This document shows, one piece after another, positions 38,193-50,564 of a stretch of DNA of 64,000 bases. Position numbers and translations under genes: made by a program. The DNA lies in NCBI RefSeq assembly GCF_964204645.1, contig NC_134033.1:9060655-9124654 (forward strand), in the 5' to 3' direction. The notes under the pieces were generated by a model. It saw nothing but the letters and a program-made list of their open reading frames with translations. It had not been told where the DNA came from and did no database searches. The DNA comes from Tubulanus polymorphus (Eukaryota; Animalia; Nemertea). Position 1 is the stretch's first letter, and each line of letters starts with the position of its first letter.

Positions 38193-39300
38193 ATTTCTGA
38201 ATGCAAATTCCTCACTGAACCAATTTTGATGCATAATAAAAGGTAGATTAACTGATTATTAACGAAATTACGGACCAAAACGTCGCACAGAGAGCAGGTG
38301 TGACAGACAGTAGGCCCGCCACTAGGCTTCAAAAGAAAAGGTGGTTGTGAGTGATACAATATATAGTCACCAAGTCGCACTCCTCCAAAAATAAGCAACA
38401 GCAACTTGCAAGGGACAATAAAAATATATTGAATTGAATCACTCAGTCAGACTTGGGCTTAGTTAGTTACCTAATCGTTGGTGGTAAGCTAATTTTTATT
38501 ATCGAATGGGCTTATACCAATTCAATTGTGGTTTGTGTAAATATCCGATCGTGAAACTAAACCAAAAGACAGGTTACTGACTAATTCTGGGCTCTTCTTA
38601 CCTATTTTTCGGTCTTTGAGTTTCTAATAAATGATCTGATCGTTGACTCCGCAGACAGTTCGATCACGAGTAAAATCGTGGGTTGGTGTACACTTGACCA
38701 ACGAGGGCCTGATAAAAGCTCCTTACCAAGAAGGGCCCAAAAAGGAGATGGACGTCGGTAAGGGATATTTCGGAATGGCATAGGAGTATGTTGTTTCGTC
38801 AGACAGGATTTTAGAAATTTTCATTTTCAACGTTGTTAAAAAATGGCGGAAAGTTCAACTGTAGACTGGGGTCTGATTATTTCTTCTTCTTCTTCCGATA
38901 TCTGTCAACATCAACTGGTTGATGAAACACAGTGTATGGGTGTGCGCAAATAAATATATACAGACATTACTAATAAATTTAGTATTAATATTAGTATTAT
39001 TTCACATGGCTTAGGATAGACTGGTTGCCGGTCTCTACCTTCAGTTAGACCGCGAATGCAGGTGGCGCAGAATTGGACAGGCGACCAGTCTAGGCTCAGG
39101 AGGGACCTGAGCATGAGAACCCGATATTTTTCGAGAAAAAAAAAATGTTCGAAATTAAGTTCGCAAAATCTAGCGATTTGAAATTAATTAAGTTAGCATG
39201 CAAAGAAATTAAATCAAACTTAGGAAATTCCAAAGAAGCATGTGCTTCGTTGCAACGAAAATTGGGACCTCAAAAACATCGGAGAGTGCGAGTCAGTGAA

Positions 39301-40199
39301 GGGTCATTCTTCAATAAATGAACGAGCGATATCCTGTCTCCGGTGTGTTGTGGCCATAGGATCCGCAAAAATAAATATTTTTAATTTTTTCCTTTAGATC
39401 AATGTTCTAGGAGATATTCTATTTTACCCAATATCAAAAGAAAATGTTTATATTTAGCAACCACAGAAAAAATATTTTGTCAAAAGTTCAACAACCCCCA
39501 TTTTCTTCATGTACATGTCGAATGCTGTATTTAGGCCTGTAGGCCTACTGTACGTGTATTACCACGAACCGTTGGGAATGGTATTTCAAATTGGTTTGCA
39601 TTGTAAATGCGTGTATTTCACAAAAATACTTTATCAGCGTCACGTTTGTCATCATGAGTCATGCTGTAATGACTTTGATGTATGTCTCTTAGAGTAATCA
39701 TAAATAGATATATTTCTATGTTGCAAATAGAGAAACAGTATTGCTATCAATTGAAACAAAAATTATTGAAAAGTATCAAAGATCGAATGCAGTAAAACTA
39801 ATGTACCGTAATTTCAGATTTCCCGGGATAAAAATCATAAGTTTTATCTTACGTAGAATCAGTTGAAATCATAAACGTCTTTGATTTTGTCATGATAATT
39901 CCTGAAAAGTCTAAAGATATTGTAGTAGTGAGAGTTTTAAGATGTGTTTGATACATTTCATATTAATAGCTTGTGAATCCAAAAGTAAGTGCGTGACGCT
40001 GACGAAATTTCAATGACGTCATACATTCGAGACGTCGTATCTACGTATAAACTATAGGTAATGATTGTGTCACTGCCAATACTGTTTTTCTGATAGGTAT
40101 TTATTGGAAATATCTATGCATCACAAAATCCAGAAACAGGAATCATTTTTTTCAAAGCTTTTTCATGTCTGAAATCGTTCAATTACCGAAGAATGACCC
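39301..40199. mobile_element. Non-autonomous DNA transposon (possibly PIF/Harbinger)
   Basis: gggtcattcttc / gaagaatgaccc TIRs; flanks gaa / taa. Confidence 0.5.
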
Positions 40200-40260
40200 T
40201 AACGCTACCAACTGAAACACGAAGCCGAAATTGCTTTGCTTCTGTTAAACTACTTATAGC

Positions 40261-40348
40261 CTTACCCTAACCTACCCTACTATAATACCTAATCCTAACC
40301 CTACACCTTACCCTAACCCCGCCCCTACCTTACTCTAACCCTAAACCT
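40261..40348. repeat. Degenerate (CCCTAA)n-like tract
   Basis: ccctaa/cctac/cctta units. Confidence 0.6.
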
Positions 40349-42039
40349 CTGGGCCATCTAGACCCTAAATCCGATTGAAAAAGCCGCCATTTTTAAAGAT
40401 CGCATATCTGATACAGGCCCGAACGCAGCCTCTCTTTTTTGAGTGGACGAAGGGTTGAACTTAATTCAGCGTCGGTGGCCATTGTGAGCGCCGTAGGTGT
40501 GAAGCCTTTTAGGGGGGTTTGGGGGCCTTCCCAAGAAAATTTTGAAAATAGAAACGTTCTGATAGATACATTTTTTGCCAAATTTTATTGAATGTTTCAT
40601 ATAAAAATGTCACTGAAAAAATGTACCGTTATTAATCCTGGAAAAATAGTCAGCAGTTTTTATTAGGTCTATTCCGGTAATCCAACAACATGCGGAATCC
40701 TTATCGTTTCTGGCAAATTGCTAGTCTATATTTATAGTTTTATGAATGTGAGCAAGTGCAAGAGAAGAGAGACGAGAAATCAAGTCTAAGAAATTTTCTT
40801 TGACAAAAAGTGGTGGAACTCGAGATTTTTTTTTTGGGGGGGGGTAGCATTTGCACCCAACGGCATCCCCCCTGGGAAGGGATAAAAGGGTCATCCTGAG
40901 CCATGCATGCGAAGACTAATTGCCGGTCTCTACCTTCAGTTTGAGAAGTTCGGTCGTCGTTGTCCAGGTGTTGCCCATACCGTACGGTCTAAAAATTAAA
41001 GTCCCGTTCGAAATTCATCGGCAATATTTTTTGACGACCCGCTACTGAGTACAGATGTCCAGATCCAGATCGAATTTTTATATGCATAGACGCAGTCCTG
41101 AACAAACCTTGCCCTTCGAAGGGACACTCACGGTTTGGAAGAGGGCAATTAACACGCAGAGAAGGGGACGAAAGGGGCAGCCGAAATTTTAACTGAAACG
41201 GCACATTGATATTGTTCGGCCTTTTTTTCGAGTACCGGTCGTTATAGGCGGCACTTTTGGTTTGGAATAGGACACATGACGGCGATGGTGAAGACAGAAA
41301 TTGCAGATGTCTAACACTGAAGGAGCACTAGCATAACTATTCTGCTTAATTTCCAAGGGACGCTTTTTAAGATCATTGTAGCACTTGAATTTCCAAGGTA
41401 AAAGAATAAACAAGCACTTTTTCAGCTCCAATTTTTATCTGCATCTCTATTCTGCTGGTTTTGGTTTATTTTCAATGATTGTTCGTCTCTAAATCATAAA
41501 ATGGTTACCCGGTACCGGTACCAAATTTTCTGAAATTTCTGCCATCACTTTGGAAGTGCCCTTCTTAGATAGATCATACAGCCTTCAATACTGTCTTAAC
41601 CTAAACCCGGATCCCGGCGACGTCAATCGACAAAATTGGACCGAAACAATATAATAACCACCATCCTGACTAACAGACATTACTGAACTGAACCAGCTAT
41701 GCAGCAAGGAGGCAATTTGTTTGTTCACTTGATAAGGATTGATTGATCATTTTGTATACCCGCTAGTTGAGGGTGGGCCGTAAACGGGCCTAAAACAACA
41801 AAAGAACGGGAATATATGAATAAAACACAATCACCTTTTCTGTAGCTTAAAGGTTGTTCTGTGATAGGAAGATGTCTCACAACCGTTTCTAAAAGATACC
41901 GCACAATTGATAATTCCATCACACCACCACCCACAACCTTTGGCTTGACTGGGCTCAATAAAGCTACCATAAAAGGTCTTTTATGATCAGGTGTACATAG
42001 GGGATGATGTGCGATTCTGAAATCTGACCCTAACATTTA

Positions 42040-44724
42040 AACAAACTGTTCAACAACTCTTTGTTGAAGAGTTTGAAAAACTACTTGTAAATATCAATCG
42101 CGAAAACAAACGGTGTTACCTTATCGGTGACTATAATATAGATTTATCCAAATTTGATGAGCACAGAAATACTGAGGTGTTAACAGATACTCTGGTTTCA
42201 TCATCTTTTTTACCATTGATTGATAAGCCTACCAGAGTAACCACGAACACATCCACTGTTATTGATAATATCTCTACTACTGATCTAAATGTCAATCATA
42301 CCTCCGGGATTATTTGTAACTGATTTATCGTATCATTATCCTGTTTTTACAATGTGCAAGAAGATTTTAAATTGTTCAAATAACAGACAAAATATGAAGC
42401 GTTCTTACTGTGCTAAAAATAGATCCAAGTATCGTAGACTCCTATTAAGCACTGATTGGAATGATATTTATTCATGCTCAGAAGTTCTCAAATAAAATTA
42501 ATCTTGCGTTTAATGAAGCTTTTCCCCTTCTCCCGACCCAACTAAATGATAGACAATGCCTTGAGAAGCCGTGGATTACTCCAGCGATATTCAGCTCCAT
42601 TAAGCACAAAAACCGACTTTATAAGAAATCAATTCGTTCTACATCCGTGGATGTCAAGAATAGTTACAATTCTTATAAAGACATTCTTACTAAAATCTTA
42701 AGAAAAGCTGAATCTGATTATTATTCTCAAAAGTTTACGCATATAGGTACTGATATGAAACTTAAATGGAAACTTATTAACCAGATACTTCGTAAATCAT
42801 CTTCTCCTATTTTACCTAGTGTTCTTAAACAAAATAACCAGGAATTCAAAGGCGACTATCGCATAGCGTGTGGGTTTAACGACTACTTTTCTAAAATAGG
42901 CTCGCAAATATCTGAGACTATACCCGATGTCCCTGGTCATTACTACACATATTACCTGAAAGATCGTACTAACGAAAATTTCTTTATGTTTCCTACTAAT
43001 CCTTGTGAAATTGAATCTATAGTTAGAAATTTTTATCCGAAAAAAAGTGCAGGGTTGGATGGTATTAGTACATCTTTACTTAAAGACACAATAGATCTAA
43101 TAAATGCTCCTTTATCGCATATATTTAATTGTAGCTTCTATACTGGTATTGTTCCGTTTGGCATGAAACAAGCCAAAGTTTACCCGTTATTTAAATCAGG
43201 AGATTCGGAAAATTTCAATAATTATCGTCCAATCTCTATTCTTCCGGTATTTTCAAAGATTTTAGAAAAGCTGGTCTTTAACAGATTATCCTCCTTCTCA
43301 ATAAACATAACGTTATTTCTTCAAATCAGTTCGGTTTTCGATCGAATCATTCCACAGCACTTGCGCTTGCCAAAGTAACAGACACCCTGACATCATACCT
43401 TGACAAAGAATATTCAGCCATAGGCATTTTCTTAGACCTAAAGAAGGCATTCGACACGGTCAACCACACAATTCTGCTCGGTAAATTGGATCACTATGGT
43501 ATTCGGGGTTTACCTCTCAAATGGTTCGAAAGTTACCTGTCTGATCGTGGTCAAATTGTTTGTTTTAATGGTATTAACTCGTCAAGAAGGGGTATTACTA
43601 TCGGAGTTCCCCAAGGTTCTATTCTCGGTCCTCTTTTATATCTATTATTCATAAATGATTGTGTCAATGCTTCAAAAATTCTTGACTTGACCCTTTTTGC
43701 AGGTGACACAACATGCTTCGCTTATTCAAAAGATCATAAGATGATATTCCAACTGATAAACAATGAACTCATCAAACTTCGAATGTGGTTTCAAGTTAAC
43801 AAATTGTCTCTTAACCTTGAAAAATGTTATTTTATGATTTTCGGAAATTTCAAGGGTACCCCTTGTGCTATAAAAATTGGAAATGTCCAAATAAAGCAAG
43901 TTCATTCCACAAAATTTCTTGGTTTATATATCGATAGTAAACTGACGTGGTCTGACCACATATCATTTGTCTGTAAAAAGATCTCTCGTAGTATTGGTGT
44001 TTTAAATAGAGTTAAAAGACGATTGCCAGTTTCAGTGATGAAAAACTTATACTATAGTTTTGTCTACCCGTATCTCCAATACTGCAATTTTATATGGGGC
44101 AATAACTACGAATCGAGAATCAGGCCAATAATCCTACTTCAAAAGCGGGCGATCAGGGTTATATCGAAGGTTACCTTCTTTGATCATACAGCCCCCATCT
44201 TCAAAAACTTAGGTATCCTCACTTTTCGAGCAATGACGAAATTTCAATTGTGCTTTTTCATATTTAAATATAAGAATTCACTACTGCCTAACTCATTTTC
44301 AGATTATTTTCATTAAATTCCGACTTTCACCATCATCATACTCGAACCCTAGAACCAATCGAAAGAAATTTTCATTAAAAGTATCAGCCCCTTTAACTTG
44401 GAATAACTTACCTTACTCACTGAAGATCATTGGATCAGTATCCTCTCCAGTTTTTAAACGTGCTCTCAAACAGTATCTCCTCAATTAATGTTTCGATTAC
44501 TTTGCCAGTCTCTGCCATCTGGCACTTAAATATTTTCTGTGTGAATGTGGTGTGAAAGAGAGTGTGATTGATTGGGTGTACGAGGGTGGCATGAATACCA
44601 TATAAACCCTAAAAGGTTTCTTCATGTTTCCCTCCATCTTGAATTTTAGTATTTGTATTACTTTGAACGATTATTATAATTCAAAATGGAAAAATAAAAT
44701 TATTATTATTATTATTATTATTAT
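42040..44724 (+). mobile_element. Degenerate CR1-clade LINE (endonuclease end plus RT; several frameshifts)
   Basis: GDYNID, KPWIT, NYRPISILP, DLKKAFDTV, GVPQGSILGP, FAGD (YADD decayed), QKRAIRVI; AATAAA(ATT)n tail. Confidence 0.92.
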
Positions 44725-45099
44725 CTCTTTCGTTACCGAACTACGGTATCGTAGTGAATGGAACTACATGTACCGGTACAAAGAAAAGAGAACTACTCGA
44801 TTCAGTGTAAAAGTCTAGAGTAAAATGTATTTTTTTTTAAGATAAAAAATAAGATATAATACGCATGCGCAGGCACCGGGTGATGAGAGGACGTCACTGA
44901 TATGATCTAGATGTAAAAAGATCGTTAGGTTATAAGAGACGGGTTCCACTTTTACCACAAAAAGCCATAAAATAGTAATGTCAAATGAGAGCAGTTTTGG
45001 AGAATTAATGCGTCGTCCTCGACAATCTAATCTCGCACAAGTGACAGGCCTAGTACCGATATAATTGATTCCAGTATAATGGGAGGGCATCGTAATTGG

Positions 45100-45560
45100 T
45101 CGGTCGAGTTGCTTGAAACCAGCTCGGAGGGCAAAACAGTATCCTCATAAGGTTATTTACAGCTTGGTTTACAAGTAGTTTTAAGAGGAATACAAAATTA
45201 AGTTGTAAAAACCATGGGATACTTTAGTGCCAAGCAGGATGTCAACTGGGAGGACCATTTTTTCACCAAAGGCCAGGAAATATGGCGTTTCCTTAGTGGA
45301 CATCTGAATGATCGAACGGAAGGCCATTGGACATGCTGGTAGTCGTTCATCCCAATTTGTTCCAAGTTCTTTTACAGAGACAGTCAACATTGATTTAAGC
45401 GACTTATTGAAGTTCGCTACTTGTCCATTTCCGTGTGGATGGAAGGCCGTAGGTTCGAGTTTTCTCAATGCCCATAGTCGAACACATCTATTTGAAAACG
45501 GCAGACTCGGAGCTCAAATTTCTTGCACTGCAATCGCATCAAAAACATGATTAAGTCAGA
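45100..45560 (-). pseudogene. Gypsy integrase relic
   Basis: TAFHPHGNGQVANFNKSLKSML...WDERLP...FRS...TPYFLAFG. Confidence 0.7.
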
Positions 45561-46731
45561 ATGTTTAGTAAGTTTTGAAGTTCGTTTAATTAAAATACCA
45601 TTGCAGTTCCAGTGAAGGATTTTCAAGTCAGTGTTTTCATAAGGACATTGTTGGCTTAATGTTTCCAGATCATGGAAAGGGGAGCTATTCGCTTTTAAGG
45701 ATTTTTCCGGTGGCATACTATAGTCACAGTTTCTTATAACGTCAGCCACGGGCCGGAATCTCGAAATTTTGTGGTGGTACAATGTAGATGATCTTTTGAA
45801 AGTTTTCAAGACTTTATTTTCTTAAACTCTGGATGGTTCTAAAAGTATCCTTCAATGGCGTGTACCCGCAACGCTACTGTGGCTATCGAGGATTCCACTT
45901 ATGGCAGGGGACCGCCAGGTTCGCTAGTGGTTAGGCCCTACTCAGTTACCGCGGTTCATATTTTTGGAAAATAAAGATTATTTCGTTCGAACGAAATGAG
46001 TGACCTCAACAACTTATACTGAATGGGAATTGTCTATCGGATGGCCCAGGATCACGTTTACAAATTTCGTTTTGGCTATCTCAGTTGTCACTTTATATTG
46101 AACCGCAGTCCTGACATTAACAACGCGCTGAGATTTAACCTATTCAAGCAGTGCGTTGAGGGTCTTCCAGAGTGTTCTGATCATAGGGGCCTATGTTTAC
46201 ACTTGAATAATCTAGCGTAGTATAAAAAAGATAACTCTTAACAACCTCATTACAGACCTTTTAGCAAATGCCATGGTCTACAACACTCCCACCGTTGAAT
46301 TTACTATGCCTTCGTTTTGACAGATATTAGATTTACTTATCTATTTACCGTTCATTACAACTGTTATTATTTGCTAGTTCACAGTGACTATTTCGTTTGA
46401 AATACATATTTCGTATCGTGTCAAGGCAATCCAATTTTTATTTGATTTTATTATTGTGGTTATTTGGGATTTTCATTGAGAAATAAATTGTAAATTTTCG
46501 ACAATTTAATTTCTTTCTCGATCATGAATCGCAGTTTTGGCGTCGAATTTTGTTGTGACAAGGCGAGAAACATAAATATCACTTTCTACTTTTTGAGAGA
46601 TTGTTTATTTCCACTGGTTTATGACGTCTTTTTTCACGAATTTTCGAAGAAAACAACATTCGAGCAAAGTAAGAGAACTAAATTTAAAGATTCTTAAAAA
46701 ATCCTGTCGCGTAATCGGATTCGAACGAAAG

Positions 46732-46841
46732 GCGGCTTGCAGTTTGATATGAGAACTAAGGCCATACCAAAATAATGGTCTGTTTGCGGCTTGCAGTTTG
46801 ATATGAGAACTAAGGCCATACCAAAATAATGGTCTGTTTGC
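46732..46841. repeat. Perfect 54-bp tandem duplication
   Basis: gcggcttgcagtttgatatgagaactaaggccataccaaaataatggtctgttt x2. Confidence 0.95.
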
Positions 46842-47121
46842 CGTAACCCGACCGACCCGACTTCAAAGGTACCGGGTAACGAGTGAAGACTTTTTTCAGG
46901 GATTCTTTGAAACAAATTTTATTTTTGACAAAAACGGCCGACCGACCGACCGACAGCCAATTTATGAGATACATATGCTTTAAGTCAAGTGTGCATCGTG
47001 TGAAAACATAAAGAACGCGATAAATTAAAAAATATGAGCGCTGCACCGACGTATGTTTTTTGCTAGGTAAGCGTTCCGACATAAGAATATATATTTCTAG
47101 AGCTGACATAATACGTTGATG

Positions 47122-47553
47122 CATTTGCGGCGACGTAAGTTTTTGTGACGACGTAGGTTTTTTTAACTACGTAAGTTATTTCCGAAAATCACCACCAGGT
47201 GGCACTGCAGATGTTCATTGAATTGAATTGAATTATATTTTCTTCTCGGAATCAGTCAACCTGGTATGGAAGTCTGAGACCTACGAGCAATTTGTTCACA
47301 TAATTGCTCGAAGCTGAGACTAACCAGAATATCTTCATCTCCATGCTTTATACAGACGCGCCAAATACACATACACAGCCCAGATTTTCCAGTAATAATG
47401 TTTCGTCGAAAATTGCAATTCAATTCGATTGAATGAACATCAGTGCCACCTGGTGGTGATTTTCGGATATAACGTATGCCGTCGCAAAAACTAACGTTGT
47501 CACAAAAACTTACGTCGTCAAAAAAACTTACGTCGTCACGAAAACTTACGTCA
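47122..47553. mobile_element. Foldback element with 18-bp subterminal repeats
   Basis: gacgtaagtttttgtgac-like units on both arms; tccgaaaatcaccaccaggtggcactg mirrored at 47441-47468. Confidence 0.7.
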
Positions 47554-47717
47554 GTCGTTTGATGTTGCAAACCGCTCGCAAAGTGGTTTAGTCGGTTCAC
47601 GCAAGATTCATATTTAAGGTGGTTTTTACTGATCACCATTCAAAAAATTTGAGAAATTATTGATAGACTTTAATTAAATATGAGATGATTTGTTGTTTGT
47701 GCACACTAGCGAACCTG

Positions 47718-48058
47718 AGGCGTTTTTACGAGCATCCGATTTTTGCGATCGATCGTAGGAACGCAATTACGAGCACCGATTTTTGCGATCGATTTCACGA
47801 TCGGCGTTTTACGAACACGATTTTCCGATCGATTTTTGAAATCAACCAACTCGCTCGGCGAGCGATTTGGCGATTTGATTTCCAAGATGGCGGTACCGGG
47901 TAGTTCATAACGATACAACTTGTTTTCAACATCGCCATATTTATGTTATGTGATTAGCCAAATCCATCGTCATTTTACGAACGTTCGATTCAATCGCACG
48001 ATCGGAGCAAATCGTTCACGAAATCGATCGCAAAAATCGGATGCTCGTAAAAACGCCT
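47718..48058. mobile_element. PIF/Harbinger-type MITE
   Basis: TIR aggcgtttttacgagcatccgatttttgcgatcgat; CTG (CWG) TSD. Confidence 0.8.
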
Positions 48059-50564
48059 CTGGTGAATCCTCGCTTGCCACATTCGAACGTAGGGTCCTCT
48101 TTGAAGATAGAGACCCGTAACCAGTCTATTCGCAGCTTTGCTGCACGAAAACTTGCACACCAATCAGTCTCGTTGTATTATCGCTGAGGTCAATTACGGG
48201 TCATTCTCCAAATTAAGCTGTAATTATTTGTTGCAAAAGGTGATTTTGAGATTTATCTGAACATAGCAAAAACTTCTTAGGTTATTGTTCATATCCTTTT
48301 ACATTGTTTTTAAAGATCGAAATACATTTACTTTTTGCAAAGAATCATGCGGAATAAGCCGGTTTGATAAACATGTTAATCTATGGTTTGTCAATTCTGT
48401 GACGCTAGGTAAAAATGACTCTCACATTATAAATCATGATAAATCAGCTAAACAAACGCGCCCCAATGAATCTTTCTGGTATAAATGATAATGTGCACAG
48501 CCCGAACTATCAGTTTTGGCTATGGATCGTAATATCAATTCCGTGACGGTTGCATTGAGGTTGTCACGGAATTGACCGTCACGGAATTGACATTTTCATG
48601 AACAAAGGCAGATTATAGGCCTATTAAAGCTTATAGAAATAACTTGATGACTGTTGTGTGGTGAGAGGTAGCAGGCGCACATATCCCCTGAAAATGATAC
48701 AATACGGCGATCATCAATCTGTTTAGTAGTCGTCACGGAATTGACAGGTAGAAAAAATATGTATAAAGTGTGCACTTAAATTACATTTTTTCACTTAATA
48801 CATTTTTGAGGTCATGTCATGTAGTGGATAATCCATAGAAGTATGTTTGGTGCATCTGTGGTACAAAAAAATCTGAAATAAATCAATATTTGTAATCATA
48901 ACACTCGTTTTCAGTACAACTGAATTGAAAAATATTTTTGGGACATCAATAAATCTGAATTTCTTCCATAAATAATGGTAAACTAATCATGAAAACTGGA
49001 AATTACGGTAGGCCTATATAGATATGGGTTATAGTCACTTCATATAAGCCACAAAAATTTTTACTGTATTTTAATGGAATTCTGATTGTGTATTCAAAAG
49101 TCTTGTCTGGGACATTGAAATTTGTGTGGTGCGATGATAGAAACAATACATAAATCTATCTATGCATTTATTCGAAATTGAACATTTAATTATCATTCAT
49201 ATAATCTATTGGATATACTGATCATGCACAGGTAAAAATTTAACTGAATATGTGTTTTTCTGGTGCCGATATATGATTTCCATTTTGTGGGACGTAAAAA
49301 GACAGCTTTTTTTGGAGCGGACCCGCGGGTTAAATGAAACGATCTGATTGGCTAATAATGATATCATCTAAGCTGCGCATGCAGCTGCGCACTCGGTCTA
49401 GTGGGGCACACACGGTATCACTCCCCGAACTCGCTTCCACCAGCCCCCTGGGCCAACTTCGGTTTTCGTAGCTAGTCTACTAGTGGTCGGAACTTATAAC
49501 CGAACACACTCTAGTTCGGTCGTAACGTATTTCACAGTGTCTCGGCCATCTTGAACCTAGGTCCGAACTGTAGCGACCGTGCTCAATTGCGTGTTCGACC
49601 ATTTCCGGACTATAGTTCCGACTAACGGACATTCGGTTTCATTTAGTTCGACTATAGTTACCTTCAGTTAGAGACCGGTTGATCCCATCCTCCATTTTAC
49701 ATTTTCGATGCATGTCAGTATCGAGTTTTTTTCCGGGTTAAAATGGCGTCTCATCGAATAAGCGAAACTAAGAGTAATATCAAAATCGCACTGGAATGAT
49801 TGACTACAGTAAATCAGCTGATAATCTATGAATCGTAAATGTAATCAGCAAAAAAAAACGGAAATTTAAGGACCGAAGAAAAGGCATTAATTGCTGTGAG
49901 TATCGAATTAATCCACTGATATTACTCGGAATTCAAATAGCCACTACTGAATTGATACTTATTAATTTTGTAGGTAAGAAAGAGGGATCAGCTGTGATAG
50001 TCATTCTGAGGGAACTTGGCTGAAGGGCGACATGGTTTCTTTGTCAACCTTATATAAAATATATTCACTTAATTGTTGTTTCTTGTGATGTGAGAATGAC
50101 TAAAGTCTGAATAAAGTTTACAATAGTTGAACTCCTTGTCAGTTTTTTGATATCAGATATTTGGATCCAACGCGGCATCTCTACATATTTTCCTGATGAT
50201 ACAGACAGCAAGTTGGGATGGACCAGTAATTCAGATCAACTGGGTATTTGCAATTTTTTCCTCTCCCCATGGACCATGAACGATTTTTGCTAGAAATTGA
50301 GTATAAAATCCATCACGACAAACTCTTTTTACTGGCAATTCTATATTTATTGTCCACTTTCTAGTACAAAATCTTATTCAATATACAGACTGCCTGACAA
50401 GACGGTGACATACGTATTTTGTGACATGGCAAATTGTGTGACAACAAAATGACGCTGATATCTCTAACTTAACTCGAATCACAAAGACCAAGACCTGACC
50501 AGAAAGTAAATACAATCTCAATTCCAATTGCATGCTCGCTCGTGTAGTTATTAATAAATTCCAG

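Larger units (their letters stand above)
35581..38310. mobile_element. Tc1/mariner-type MITE (~65-bp TIRs) carrying nested inserts
   Basis: ctgtctgtcacacctgctctc...gagagcaggtgtgacagacag; TA TSD. Confidence 0.85.

Noticed and set aside
40261-40348. True or interstitial telomere
   Set aside because: Short and highly degenerate; such tracts are common inside dispersed repeats.
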